Shown: one piece after another, positions 1 through 9,996 of the stretch
Layout: every line of letters starts with the position of its first letter
Numbering within the stretch: the first letter of the stretch is position 1
Origin: Casimicrobiaceae bacterium
GTDB taxonomy: Bacteria; Pseudomonadota; Gammaproteobacteria; Burkholderiales; Casimicrobiaceae
Assembly: GCA_035495715.1 (NCBI GenBank)
Contig: DATJFI010000055.1
Location: forward strand, 22,071 to 86,070
Length of the DNA: 64,000 bases
Reading direction: 5' to 3'
Made by a program: the position numbers and the translations under genes
The notes under the pieces: model-generated
Database searches by the model: none
What the model saw: the letters and a program-made list of their open reading frames with translations, nothing else
Told to the model about the DNA's origin: nothing

Positions 1-474
1 CTGCAGGTGGTTGTTCGGCTGAGTGCGGATCAGGTAGCCCTGATGCGGCAGCTTCGTGATCGAGTCGGCGCCGGAGACGGTCGTCAGGAAGGTCCTGCTT
101 TCCCAGCACAGCGGCGCGACCGCGGTGGTCACCGCCGACGCCCACGTGCCCATGATCGCCGGCACCTTCGTCACGTCGATCAGCTTGCGCGCGGCGCGCA
201 CGGCCGCCTCGGGGTTCGTCTGTCCGTCCTCGACGACGAGCACCACCTTGCGGCCAAGCAGCCCGCCGTTCGCGTTCACTTCGTCGATGACCGCCTGCAT
301 CGCCTTCGCCATCCGCGGGCCGTCGAAGCCGCCGGCGCCGGTGAGCGGCGTCAACACACCGAGTTGCAGCGGCTCGCCCTGCGCGCGCACGATCGCGGGC
401 GCGAGCCCGCCGAGCGCGAGCGCGCCGGCGGTTGCAAGGAAACGTCGACGCGGTTCACGCGGTGTGTGCGGCAT
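1..474 (-). CDS. ABC transporter substrate-binding protein (LivK/LivJ-like), Tat signal; 3' end runs off the window
   Basis: Read manually (absent from the ORF track): MPHTPREPRRRFLATAGALALGGLAPAIVRAQGEPLQLGVLTPLTGAGG...EVNANGGLLGRKVVLVVEDGQTNP; GGAGG RBS upstream; follows the LivF/LivG ATPases. Confidence 0.88.
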   Translation of the reverse strand, partial: MPHTPREPRRRFLATAGALALGGLAPAIVRAQGEPLQLGVLTPLTGAGGFDGPRMAKAMQAVIDEVNANGGLLGRKVVLVVEDGQTNPEAAVRAARKLIDVTKVPAIMGTWASAVTTAVAPLCWESRTFLTTVSGADSITKLPHQGYLIRTQPNNHLQ

Positions 475-515
475 TTCGTTCCTCCGTCTTCGACTGTTTT
501 ATGACTTTCGGGGCC

Positions 516-1250
516 TCATCCGCCGAGAAAGATGCGCCGGATGTCCGGGTCGGCCGCGAGCGCCGCGGCCAACCCGTCGCGATGATTGCGACCGTCGACG
601 AGGATGTACGCGCGATCGGCGACGGTCAAGGCCTCGCGCGCGTTCTGCTCGACCATCGCGATCGAGATGCCGGCGCGATTGATCGCGACGATGTCGTCAA
701 ACAACCGCTGCGCGGCGATCGGCGAAAGGCCGGCCGACGGCTCGTCGAGCAGCAGGAGCTTCGGCTCGACCATCAGCCCCATTGCCATCGCGAGCACCTG
801 CCGCTCGCCGCCGGACAGCGATCGCGCCGGCACGCGACGACGCTTCGCGAGCATCGGAAAGCGCGCGAACGCCTGCTCGATCCTGCGTCCGCTGTTCCCC
901 GGATCGACGAACCCGCCCATCTCGAGATTCTCGCGCACGCTCATAGTCGGGAAGATGTTCTGCTCCTGCGGGACGTACGCGATGCCCGCGCCGCTGATCT
1001 CACGCGGCGTGCGGCCCGCGATCGGCTGTCCGTCGAGCAGGATGCGGCCGCGGCTCGGCGTGAGCAGTCCGGCGATCGTCTTGGCAAGCGTCGATTTGCC
1101 GGCGCCGTTCGGACCGATGATGCCGACGATCTCGCCCGCGCCGACGCATAGGTCGACGCCCTTCAGCACTTCATCCGCAGCGCTGTAACCGGCGACGACC
1201 TGCTCGACGACGAGCAGCGGATCGCGGGCTTCGCAATGCGCCGCGCTCAC
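516..1250 (-). CDS. Branched-chain amino acid-type ABC ATP-binding protein (LivF-like)
   Basis: GPNGAGKST, LSGGERQ, LLLDEPS, VEQN; GTG start overlaps the upstream stop (GTGA). Confidence 0.9.
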   Translation of the reverse strand: MSAAHCEARDPLLVVEQVVAGYSAADEVLKGVDLCVGAGEIVGIIGPNGAGKSTLAKTIAGLLTPSRGRILLDGQPIAGRTPREISGAGIAYVPQEQNIFPTMSVRENLEMGGFVDPGNSGRRIEQAFARFPMLAKRRRVPARSLSGGERQVLAMAMGLMVEPKLLLLDEPSAGLSPIAAQRLFDDIVAINRAGISIAMVEQNAREALTVADRAYILVDGRNHRDGLAAALAADPDIRRIFLGG

Positions 1251-2011
1251 CGGCGCCCCATGTACGCCTCCTGCACGGCGGGATTCGACGCGAGCTCCGC
1301 GAACGTTCCCTCCGCGAGGTTGCGGCCGTCGGCGAGCACGACGACGTGATCGCAGAGCGCGGCGATCGTGTCCATGTGGTGCTCGATCAGCAGGATCGTG
1401 AGTCCCTCGTCGGCGAGACGACGCAAATGCGCGGCGATCTCGCTCGCGAGCGACGGATTGACGCCGGCGACGGGCTCGTCGAGCAGCATGATCCGCGGCT
1501 CGGCCATCAGCACCCGCCCGATCTCGAGCAGCTTCTTCTGCCCCCCGGAAAGACTCGACGCGGGCGCGTTCAGCGCGCGGACGAGGTTCAGGCGATCGGC
1601 GATGACCTGCGCCTTCTCGACGAGCGTCGCCTCGCGGTGGCGCGACGCGGCGCTCCGCAGCAACGCGCCGCGAATGCGCTCGCCGGGTTGCGCGCGGCCG
1701 TAGAGGAGCAGATTCTCGTAGACGGTGAGCCGCGGGAAGCCGCGTGCAATCTGGAACGTGCGCACCAGGCCCGCGTCGGCGATGCGATCGGCGCGCCAGC
1801 CGGTGATGTCGCGGCCGTCCAGAACGACGCTGCCCGAATCGGGCGGAACGACGCCCGAGATGCAGTTGAAAAGCGTCGTCTTGCCCGCGCCGTTCGGGCC
1901 GATCAGGCCGGTGATCCGGTGCGCGGCGACGGCAAGATGCACGCGGTCGAGCGCATGCACGCCGTAGAAGCTCCGCGCGAGCTCGCGGACCTCGAGCAGC
2001 GGTGCCGACAC
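1247..2011 (-). CDS. Branched-chain amino acid-type ABC ATP-binding protein (LivG-like)
   Basis: GPNGAGKTT, RTFQ, LLDEPVAG, IEHHM, C-terminal VQEAYMG. Confidence 0.92.
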   Translation of the reverse strand: MSAPLLEVRELARSFYGVHALDRVHLAVAAHRITGLIGPNGAGKTTLFNCISGVVPPDSGSVVLDGRDITGWRADRIADAGLVRTFQIARGFPRLTVYENLLLYGRAQPGERIRGALLRSAASRHREATLVEKAQVIADRLNLVRALNAPASSLSGGQKKLLEIGRVLMAEPRIMLLDEPVAGVNPSLASEIAAHLRRLADEGLTILLIEHHMDTIAALCDHVVVLADGRNLAEGTFAELASNPAVQEAYMGRR

Positions 2012-2065
2012 GATGATCGCGATGCCTGCTGCCTCGGTGCGACCGAAGCGTCGATCCGGGGCGGC

Positions 2066-2560
2066 CTAGGCGAGCAACGAAGGCACGAGGAACGGCGCGA
2101 TCGTCCGTCCCGCGCGTTCGTCGTCCGCCGTGAACCAGCCCGTCTCGTGCGAGACGTTCATCGTGCCGAGCCGCCGTCCCGCCCACGCGATCGGCACGTT
2201 CATGATCGATCCGATGCCGAGGCTCGCGATCAGCGCGTGATCGGCGAACGCCTCGCGAACCTCGTCGGGGTTGCGCGCGACGAACACTTCGCCGCGCTCG
2301 AGCACCGCGCGGCTCCACGGCGTTCCGCGCTTGATCTTGCGGCCGCCGACCGGATACGCCGCCGTGTTGCTGCTGTAGATCCGCTCGACTTCGTCGGTCG
2401 CCTCGTGCACGCGCATCAGCGTGAAGAGGCGGTGGCCGATGACCTCCTGTACGAGCGAGTCGACGCTGGCGTAAAGTAAGCCTGGTGGCAGCTCGACCAC
2501 GAAGCGCGCCGCGAGCGCCTCGAGATCGGACAGCTTCAGCGGACGCTTCGCGTTACGCAT
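2066..2560 (-). CDS. Stand-alone GAF domain protein
   Basis: GHRLFT...ERIYSS..AYPVGGRK...GSIMNVPI...LGTMN pattern; start set at MRNAKRP. Confidence 0.75.
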   Translation of the reverse strand: MRNAKRPLKLSDLEALAARFVVELPPGLLYASVDSLVQEVIGHRLFTLMRVHEATDEVERIYSSNTAAYPVGGRKIKRGTPWSRAVLERGEVFVARNPDEVREAFADHALIASLGIGSIMNVPIAWAGRRLGTMNVSHETGWFTADDERAGRTIAPFLVPSLLA

Positions 2561-2646
2561 CGTTCGATTCCCGGAAGGCACGTCGCGGCGAAGCATACAA
2601 CGCGGCGGGCCCGCATCCAATTCGGATGTCCGCAAAAGGAGGCAGC

Positions 2647-3708
2647 ATGCGCAGGAGACAATGGCTGAAGGCCGGCGGCGCGGCGCTCGCGACACCGCTG
2701 ATCGCGTCCGTTTCGTGGCCCCGCAGCGCGTTCGCGAAGCCTGAGCAGATCGTCGTGATGACGTGGGGCGGCCAGTGGGGCGACGCGATGCGCGACAACG
2801 TCGACGCGGCGTACACGAAGGCGACGGGCATCAAGGTCGTGCAGGATCGCGGCGCGAGCCCGGTGCAGCGCATCACGAAGATCAAGGTGAGCCTCCCGAA
2901 TCCGCCCGCCGACTGCTTCCAGTTGGCCGACGGGCTCGTGCCGCTCGCGATCAAGCAGGGCGTCTGCGAGAAGATCGACCGCGATTCGCCGCGGATGCCG
3001 AACCTGCGCAACATGATCCCGGCGTTCTGGAACGATTACTGGGTGCCGGAGATCTTCTCGGTGATCGGCATCATCTACAACACGAAGCTCGTCAAGACGC
3101 CGCCGACGGGATGGGCCGACCTGTGGCGTCCCGAGTTCAAGGGTCGCATCGTGCTGCCCGAGATCTCGCATTCGATCGGCTCGTACATCATTCCGATCGG
3201 CGCCGTCGCGGCCGGCAAGCCGCCGGGCGACGAGGAAGCGGGCTTCGCGATGCTGAAGAAGATGGCCGATCTGCGCCCGATCTGGGCGAAGGATACGGAC
3301 ACGATGATGAACTCGATGCGCACCGGGGACGCGATGATCGGCATCCTCTACAAGTCGCAGACGTACACGGTCAAGGGCTACGGCGCGCCCGTCGAGTGGG
3401 TGTATCCGAAGGAGGGCGGCATCGCGTACACATCGGGCACGTGCATCGCGAAGGGCACGAAGAATCTCGAGGCAGCCGAGGGGTACATCAACGTCACGAT
3501 GGATCCCGACGTGCAGCCGTTCGCCGCGAAGATCTACAACTATGGCGGCACGAACAAGGACACGCTGTCGAAGCTGCCGCCGGAATTGCAGGAACGCGTC
3601 AAGTTTCCTCAGGAGCAGCTCGACCATCTGATCAAGCTCGATCTCGGCATGATGACTGACAAGCGGGCCGAGTGGGTCGAGCGCTGGAACCGGGCCGTTT
3701 CCGGATAA
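2647..3708 (+). CDS. ABC substrate-binding protein (PotD/polyamine-opine-like), Tat-like signal
   Basis: MRRRQWLKAGG signal, AGGAGG RBS, TWGGQW, PTGWADLW, YPKEG. Confidence 0.88.
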   Translation: MRRRQWLKAGGAALATPLIASVSWPRSAFAKPEQIVVMTWGGQWGDAMRDNVDAAYTKATGIKVVQDRGASPVQRITKIKVSLPNPPADCFQLADGLVPLAIKQGVCEKIDRDSPRMPNLRNMIPAFWNDYWVPEIFSVIGIIYNTKLVKTPPTGWADLWRPEFKGRIVLPEISHSIGSYIIPIGAVAAGKPPGDEEAGFAMLKKMADLRPIWAKDTDTMMNSMRTGDAMIGILYKSQTYTVKGYGAPVEWVYPKEGGIAYTSGTCIAKGTKNLEAAEGYINVTMDPDVQPFAAKIYNYGGTNKDTLSKLPPELQERVKFPQEQLDHLIKLDLGMMTDKRAEWVERWNRAVSG

Positions 3709-3711
3709 CCC

Positions 3712-5163
3712 GTGCCGTCGTCGGGGGACGCGCGCTGGCTCGTTCATCTGGGCTGGCGGGCGAATGGCGACAGCTACGACGTCGCCCTCGCGGTCAACCG
3801 GCTGCTTGCAGCCGGCGCGCGCGCATGGTGGCTCACCGGCAGGCGCGACGGCATCGAGGCGGGCGACTACCTGGTCGACGTGTCGCCCGCGCAGCACGAA
3901 GCGCTTGTACAGCTCGGCGTCGCGACGCGAGCGTGGCAGGCGGACGTTCCGAATGACGCATCGCCGCTCGCGCGGCCGGCGGTGCGACTCTTTGCGGGCA
4001 CCGCTTCGAAGTATCCGTACTTCGCGTACTACGCGCTTTGCCTGCTTCGCCTCGGCATCGACTACGTGCCGTGCGACGGCGCATCGCTCGCGCAACGTAC
4101 GCTCGACGACGCGAACCTGCTGATCCTGCCCGGCGGGTTCGCCACCTGGGGCATCGATGCTGCCGAGGATGCGCCGGGTGCGGATGCGCGCGTGCGCGCG
4201 TTTCTCGCCGGTGGCGGTGCGGCGATCGGATCCTGCGGCGGCGCGTTCTATCTTTCCGCTGGCCGTCCCGGCTGGACCGGTACCGCGAACGCGAATCCGC
4301 GCTATACGCACGAATACCTGCAGAGCGGCGTCGCGATCGTCTCCATCGCGCTTCGCGACGGACCGCTGGCGTACGGATGCCCGCCGACGATCGACGTGCC
4401 GTATTACCACGGGCCGATCTACGCTGCGCTCGGTGATGGCGTCGACGTCGCGGCCACCTACGATGCGTTCGTCCTGTCCGCCCGCCTCGCGATCGACAAT
4501 CCGCTCGGCCGCGAGCAGTTCGAGCGCGAGATGCACGGCAAGCCGGCGATCCTGTCGGCAAGCGGGGCGCGGGGGCGCGCCGTGCTGTTCTCGCCGCATC
4601 CCGAGATGGGCGACCTGATCCGCAAGTACATCGCGCTCGACGGCTACGCGCGCCGCTACCTGCCGATCCGCGGCGAGGAGACGATGCGCGACACGCTGCG
4701 TCATTACCGCGTCAATGACGCGCCGAGCTTTCGCCTGGTGCTGAACGCCGTGCACACGTTGTTGCGCGTCGCGCAAGACGGGAGCGTGCGCGAAGGCGGC
4801 GATCCTGCGCATGGCGAAGTCGATTTGCTGGCGCTCGATCCGCTCGACGCGTGCCGGCGCGCGCTCGACTCGCTTCCCGATTCCGGCGGCGGGCCGGAAG
4901 GCGATCTGCTGCGCGACGTCGCCGCGAGGATTGCCGCGCGACTCGCGGTGGTCTCGCCCCGGCTCGCGGCGGTCGTCGTCGCACCGCGAGGACTCGAAAG
5001 CCTCGCGCCCGCGTGGCGGCACCTTTCGTCGACGATGTCCGAGCATGCCGTCGCCGCCAACGCGACGTACGCGCAACGGCTGATGGAAGCGGATCTCGGC
5101 GTGTCGCTCGTCGAATGCTGGACGCGCGCCGCCGAGGTCGATCGGGCGCTCGCCGCCGGATGA
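3712..5163 (+). CDS. Hypothetical protein with class I glutamine amidotransferase-like (BPL_N-like) domain
   Basis: LILPGG, GSCGGAF nucleophile elbow, FSPHPE His-x-Glu; lies inside the ABC operon. Confidence 0.7.
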   Translation: MPSSGDARWLVHLGWRANGDSYDVALAVNRLLAAGARAWWLTGRRDGIEAGDYLVDVSPAQHEALVQLGVATRAWQADVPNDASPLARPAVRLFAGTASKYPYFAYYALCLLRLGIDYVPCDGASLAQRTLDDANLLILPGGFATWGIDAAEDAPGADARVRAFLAGGGAAIGSCGGAFYLSAGRPGWTGTANANPRYTHEYLQSGVAIVSIALRDGPLAYGCPPTIDVPYYHGPIYAALGDGVDVAATYDAFVLSARLAIDNPLGREQFEREMHGKPAILSASGARGRAVLFSPHPEMGDLIRKYIALDGYARRYLPIRGEETMRDTLRHYRVNDAPSFRLVLNAVHTLLRVAQDGSVREGGDPAHGEVDLLALDPLDACRRALDSLPDSGGGPEGDLLRDVAARIAARLAVVSPRLAAVVVAPRGLESLAPAWRHLSSTMSEHAVAANATYAQRLMEADLGVSLVECWTRAAEVDRALAAG

Positions 5164-6230
5164 ACGCGCACACCGACGACGTCCGGCTCGTCGGCGTTCG
5201 GAAGCGCTTCGGGTCCGTCGTCGCGGTCGACGACGTGAGCCTCGGCATCGCCCGCGGCACGATCTTCTCGCTCCTTGGACCGTCGGGCTGCGGCAAGACG
5301 ACAACACTGCGGCTCATCGCCGGCTTCGAGCAGCCGGACGCCGGCGACATCTTCATTCGCGGCGTGCGCGTGACGCCGATGCCGCCGTACCGGCGCGACT
5401 TCAGCATGGTGTTCCAGAGCTATGCGCTGTTTCCGCATCTCACGGTGGCCGAAAACGTCGCGTTCGGGTTGCGGATGCGGCGCGTCGCGCGCGGCGAGCG
5501 TGCGCGCAGCGTCGGCGAGGCGCTCGCGCTCGTCAAGCTCGAGGCGCTCGCCGATCGCCATCCGCGACAGCTCTCGGGCGGACAGCAACAGCGCGTCGCG
5601 CTCGCGCGCGCCATCGTCGTCAAGCCGGCCGTGCTGCTTCTCGACGAACCGCTCGGCGCGCTCGACAAGCAGCTGCGCGAGGAGATGCAGGTCGAGCTGC
5701 GAAGCCTCCAGCAGCGTCTCGGCATCACGGCCGTGTTCGTCACCCACGACCAGGAGGAAGCGCTGACGCTGTCGGACTGCGTCGCCGTGATGCGCAACGG
5801 GGTGATCGAGCAGATCGGCGCGCCGCGCGACATTTACGACCGTCCGCGCAATGCATTCGTCGCGAGCTTCCTCGGCGCGAGCAACTTCATCGACGGCATC
5901 GTCGTCGGCCGCGATGCCGCATCGATCATCGTCGAGACGCCGGCGGCGCGCGTGCGCGTGCCCGGCGACAGGTCGGCCGGCGAGCGCGTGCAGATCGCCG
6001 TGCGTCCGGAGCGGTTGCGCATGGAAGGCAGCGATGCGCAAGGACTGCCGGCGCGCATTCGCGACATCGTCTACCGCGGCCCGGTCACGCATTTCCACCT
6101 CGACAGCGCGGCGGGGCCGTTGCTTTCGTATCGGCAGAACGCGCGCGCGAGCGACTTTCGGATCGGCGACGAGGTTCGCTGCGAATGGGATTCCGACAGC
6201 GCCGTCGTGCTGGACGGGCCAGGCGAATGA
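5160..6230 (+). CDS. ABC ATP-binding protein (PotA-like)
   Basis: GPSGCGKTT, LSGGQQQR, LLLDEPL, VTHDQEEA, TOBE-like tail; ATGA overlap. Confidence 0.92.
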   Translation: MNAHTDDVRLVGVRKRFGSVVAVDDVSLGIARGTIFSLLGPSGCGKTTTLRLIAGFEQPDAGDIFIRGVRVTPMPPYRRDFSMVFQSYALFPHLTVAENVAFGLRMRRVARGERARSVGEALALVKLEALADRHPRQLSGGQQQRVALARAIVVKPAVLLLDEPLGALDKQLREEMQVELRSLQQRLGITAVFVTHDQEEALTLSDCVAVMRNGVIEQIGAPRDIYDRPRNAFVASFLGASNFIDGIVVGRDAASIIVETPAARVRVPGDRSAGERVQIAVRPERLRMEGSDAQGLPARIRDIVYRGPVTHFHLDSAAGPLLSYRQNARASDFRIGDEVRCEWDSDSAVVLDGPGE

Positions 6231-7078
6231 GATCCGCGTGGCGCTGGTTCCTGCTGGCGCCGCCGCTCGCGCTGCTGCTCGTCTTCTTCGTGGTGCCCGT
6301 CGTCTACCTGTTCTGGGTCAGCCTCCATGCCGGATCGACGAGCGAGCTTTACGGCGCGTCGCTGACGCTGCGCAATTACACGGCGCTCGTCGGCGATTCG
6401 TTCTATCTGACCATCATCGGCCGCACGCTCGCCATCGCCGCGGTCATCCTCGGCCTTTGCCTGGTGATCGGCTATCCCGTTGCGTATTTCGTCGCGATGC
6501 TGCCACCGCGGCGGCGCATGCTCGCGACCCTGGTGCTGCTGTTTCCGCTCATGGTCAGCAACGTCGTGCGCGCTTACGGATGGGTGGCGCTCCTCGAACG
6601 GCGCGGCATCGTCAACACGACGCTGCACGATCTGGGGCTGCTCGATGCGCCGCTCGCGCTTCTCTATACGCCGTCGGCGGTCGTCGTGGCGTTGATGACG
6701 ATCCTCCTGCCGTACATGGTGATCTCGATCGCGAACACGCTCGCCGGGCTCGACCGCCGCTATCTGGAGGCCGCGCAGGCGCTCGGCGCGAGCCCGGTCC
6801 GCACGTTCCTGCACGTGACGCTGCCGCTGTCGGCGCCGGGGATCGCGTCCGGCACGCTGCTCGTCTTCCTGCTGACGTTGTCCGCCTACGTGACGATCAC
6901 GCTGGTCGGCGGCCCGCGCTCGAAGCTGCTCGTCAGCATGATCTACGACAGCGTCACCGCGTTCCAGTGGCCGCGCGCGGCGGCGCTCGCCTTCGTGCTG
7001 CTCGCGCTCGCGCTTGCGTTCACCGCCGGGATGCTCGCGCTGCTGCGACCCGGGCGTGTGCAGGGGAGCGCGCGGTGA
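6227..7078 (+). CDS. ABC permease (PotB-like)
   Basis: Hydrophobic helices, EAAQALGA EAA motif; ATGA overlap. Confidence 0.9.
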   Translation: MRSAWRWFLLAPPLALLLVFFVVPVVYLFWVSLHAGSTSELYGASLTLRNYTALVGDSFYLTIIGRTLAIAAVILGLCLVIGYPVAYFVAMLPPRRRMLATLVLLFPLMVSNVVRAYGWVALLERRGIVNTTLHDLGLLDAPLALLYTPSAVVVALMTILLPYMVISIANTLAGLDRRYLEAAQALGASPVRTFLHVTLPLSAPGIASGTLLVFLLTLSAYVTITLVGGPRSKLLVSMIYDSVTAFQWPRAAALAFVLLALALAFTAGMLALLRPGRVQGSAR

Positions 7079-7878
7079 CGAGGATGCCGACGGCCGGCTC
7101 GGTGTTGCGTGCGGCGGCGACACTCGTCGCATTTGCGCTGATCGTCGTCCCGATCCTGATCGTCGTCCTCGCCGCGTTTTCGCCGAGCGACTACTTCCAG
7201 TTTCCGCCGCCCGGCCTGTCGATGCGGTGGTTCATCGAGTTCTTCCGCCTCGACAACATGCGGAGTGCTTTCGCGCTCAGCGTCGAGCTCGCGCTCGCGT
7301 CGGCGACGATCGCCACGATCCTCGGCACGTTGGCGGCGCTGTACCTCGCGCGGCGCGGCGGCATGCTCGCAAACATCCTCCAGTCGCTGTTCGTCGCGCC
7401 GCTCGTGTTCCCGACGATCATCCTCGGGGTCGCGCTGCTCCTGCTCTACAAGACGATCGGCATGCCGGTGTTCAGCGGCCTGCTGCTCGCGCATTGCGTC
7501 GTCGGCATGCCGTATGGATTCCGCACGGTGCTTGCGAGCGCGCAGGGGCTCGATCCGTCGCTCGAGGAAGCCGGACAGAGCCTCGGCGCCGGACCGCTGC
7601 GCACGCTCGTTCTCGTCACGCTGCCGCTGATCTGGCCGGGGGTGCTGTCGGGATGGCTCTTCGCCTTCATCGTCTCGTTCGGCGAGCTCAACACTGCATT
7701 GTTTCTGACCGGACCCGGCGTGACGACGCTGCCGATCGAGATCTTCAGTTACCTGCAGTTCCAGGGAAGCCAGCTCGTCATCGCCGCGGCGTCGTCCATC
7801 CAGATCGCGCTGATCGTGATCCTCGTCGCGGTCGTCGAGCGGATCGTGGGGATCGCGCGGATCACGCGGGCACGCTGA
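7075..7878 (+). CDS. ABC permease (PotC-like)
   Basis: [29 protein letters not shown]; GTGA overlap (alternative ATG at 7084). Confidence 0.9.
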   Translation: MTRMPTAGSVLRAAATLVAFALIVVPILIVVLAAFSPSDYFQFPPPGLSMRWFIEFFRLDNMRSAFALSVELALASATIATILGTLAALYLARRGGMLANILQSLFVAPLVFPTIILGVALLLLYKTIGMPVFSGLLLAHCVVGMPYGFRTVLASAQGLDPSLEEAGQSLGAGPLRTLVLVTLPLIWPGVLSGWLFAFIVSFGELNTALFLTGPGVTTLPIEIFSYLQFQGSQLVIAAASSIQIALIVILVAVVERIVGIARITRAR

Positions 7879-7918
7879 AGCATCCAATGCATCGGGCGTT
7901 TCTCACTCAGGAGCTCGC

Positions 7919-8386
7919 ATGGAAAGCAAGCCGCCGCTGCCGCCGTTCACGATCGAAACCGCCACGCAGAAGGTGCGGACCGCCGAGGACGCGTGGAATA
8001 CCCGGGATCCCGATCGTGTTGTTCTGGTTTACACGGAGGACACACGCTGGCGCAACCGGGCGGAATTCCCCATGGGCCGCGAGGAGGTCCGCCGATTCCT
8101 CCAGCGCAAGTGGGCGAAGGAGCTCGACTACCGGCTCATCAAGGAACTCTGGACCACCGCGGGCAATCGCATCGCCGTGCGCTTCGCCTACGAGTGGCAC
8201 GACGACTCGGGATCGTGGTTCCGTTCGTACGGCAACGAGAACTGGGAGTTCAACGAGCACGGCCTGATGATGCGGCGCTACGCGAGCATCAACGACTTGC
8301 CGATCAGGGAATCCGAACGGAAATACCGCTGGCCCCTCGGACGACGGCCCGACGACCATCCGGGATTGACCGATCTCGGATTGTGA
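7919..8386 (+). CDS. DUF1348 / SnoaL-like NTF2-fold protein
   Basis: PPLPPFT...[10 protein letters not shown]...YRLIKELW...[10 protein letters not shown]; AGGAG RBS. Confidence 0.88.
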   Translation: MESKPPLPPFTIETATQKVRTAEDAWNTRDPDRVVLVYTEDTRWRNRAEFPMGREEVRRFLQRKWAKELDYRLIKELWTTAGNRIAVRFAYEWHDDSGSWFRSYGNENWEFNEHGLMMRRYASINDLPIRESERKYRWPLGRRPDDHPGLTDLGL

Positions 8387-8548
8387 GACGGGTCGCTTCC
8401 GCCGGGACGCCGGTGCGCTCTCGGAACTGGCCGCACGGGAACAAAACCTAACCAACGTCGCGCGCTGCAGAACCGACGGTCACCGCGCGCTGCTTTTCAC
8501 TGATGGAGGAGGACCCACGCCATGGAGCAGGAGGTTCGAGGACACGAC

Positions 8549-9502
8549 ATGCACGGTACCGAATCGCATGGCGCACGGCGGCGGCTTTTGCTGCGCGGCA
8601 TGCTGGCGATCGGCGGAGGTGTGGCGCTGGCCCCATACGGGACGATGGTCCGGGCGCAACCGCACGCGCCCCACGGGCCGGGCGGCAGGGTCACGGTCCG
8701 CTGGCTGGGGGGCGGGGTCATGGAGGTCGCGACGCCGGACTACAAGCAGATCGCATACATCGACGCGTGGATCTGGAACAACGAAGGATGGCAACGCTTC
8801 GGGATCACGAAACCGGACGAGTACGCGAGCAAGCAAGGCTTCGCACGTTATGTCTCAAACAAGAAGCCCGATGCCGTCTTCGTCCTGCTCACGCATGATC
8901 ACGGCGATCACATCGGCGACTACTTCGAGATGCTGCAGGCGCTCACCGCCGCAGGCGTTCCCGTCATGACGACCGGGCAGAGCGATCTCATGCGCAAAGG
9001 ACTTGTCGACGACTTCAAGAGCGCCGGCCTCGATCCGTCCAAGGTCGTTGCGAATAACGGTGCGGGAATGAACTTCGGCGGCATCGCGAAGCACGGCGCG
9101 ATGACGGCGCACCTCGTGCCCGCCATCCATTCGAACCTCCGTGGCTTCCCGTCTGCCGGGTTCATGCTGGACATCGGCGGCATGCGGGTTTACGCGAGCG
9201 GCGACACCGATCTCTTCGGCGACATGAAGACGCTCGGCGAGCGGTACCGGCCGAACCTCGGCATCGTGTGCGTGGGCGGCGGACCGTACACGATGGGTCC
9301 GGACGAAGCGGCGCGCGCCTGCCAGTGGACCGGCGTTTCGCAGGCGATCCCGGTCCACTATGCGCACAATGCGCAGGTGCTGGGTGTCCAGGCCGGCGAC
9401 GAATTCAAGCGTGCGCTCGCGAAGATCGCTCCGCACGTCGAGGCCGACGTCCTGAAGCCTGGCGAAACGCGCACGATTCAGATCCAGGCGGCCGCACATT
9501 GA
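8549..9502 (+). CDS. Metallo-beta-lactamase-fold hydrolase (UPF0173/UlaG-like), Tat-like signal
   Basis: THDHGDH, AIHS, SGDT, IPVHY; RRRLLLRG leader; alternative start 8522. Confidence 0.8.
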   Translation: MHGTESHGARRRLLLRGMLAIGGGVALAPYGTMVRAQPHAPHGPGGRVTVRWLGGGVMEVATPDYKQIAYIDAWIWNNEGWQRFGITKPDEYASKQGFARYVSNKKPDAVFVLLTHDHGDHIGDYFEMLQALTAAGVPVMTTGQSDLMRKGLVDDFKSAGLDPSKVVANNGAGMNFGGIAKHGAMTAHLVPAIHSNLRGFPSAGFMLDIGGMRVYASGDTDLFGDMKTLGERYRPNLGIVCVGGGPYTMGPDEAARACQWTGVSQAIPVHYAHNAQVLGVQAGDEFKRALAKIAPHVEADVLKPGETRTIQIQAAAH

Positions 9503-9510
9503 AGAAAACG

Positions 9511-9538
9511 AAAAGGCCCTGAGGCATCAGGGCCTTTC
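9511..9538. terminator. Intrinsic terminator, probably bidirectional (tRNA and MBL gene)
   Basis: AAAGGCCCTGA-GGCA-TCAGGGCCTTT hairpin between converging transcripts; T-rich tail on the minus strand. Confidence 0.8.
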
Positions 9539-9543
9539 GAATG

Positions 9544-9619
<76 letters not shown>

Positions 9620-9629
9620 ACGAGCGACC

Positions 9630-9635
9630 ATTATA
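9630..9635 (-). promoter_or_regulatory. -10 box for tRNA-Ala
   Basis: Perfect TATAAT 10 nt upstream of the tRNA 5' end in GC-rich DNA. Confidence 0.6.
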
Positions 9636-9698
9636 GCGCAGGCCTCGCGGTCGAGAGGAGCGATCGCGGGGCGCGCCGCCACATCGAGGACCGCCGTC

Positions 9699-9996
9699 AT
9701 GGATTCGGTAACGCGAACGGCGACGAGCGGTCAGCAGCAGGCGCCCGCCGGCGCCGAGGATCTCTTCGCATCTCTCTACGCCGAGTTGCACCGGCTTGCG
9801 CGCCAGGAACTGCGGCGCGGCGGGAACGCTTCGCCCAGCGCCACGGCGCTGCTGCACGAGGCTTTTCTGAGCCTCCGCCAACGGGATGCCGCGAGCTTTC
9901 GCGATCGCGCCCATTTCATCGCGTACGCCGCAAGAGCGATGCGTGGCGTGGTGGTCGATTACGTTCGAAACCGTCGCGCGCAAAAACGCGGCGGCG
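9699..9996 (+). pseudogene. Truncated ECF sigma factor (kinase-associated TIGR02999/ECF43-like), region 2 only
   Basis: LYAELHRLARQEL...ATALLHEAFL...DRAHFIAYAARAMRGVVVDYVRNRRAQKRGG; similarity then stops and no region 4 follows. Confidence 0.72.

Noticed and set aside
2613-2620. GCATCCAA as another ECF29-type -10 element
   Set aside because: No GGAAC-like -35 at the 16-nt spacing
2536-5307. Very long antisense or alternate-frame ORFs (e.g. 923 aa here; also 10540-12942, 37730-40645, 49465-52626)
   Set aside because: Arg/Ala-rich shadows of well-supported genes, expected at this GC content; no family motifs
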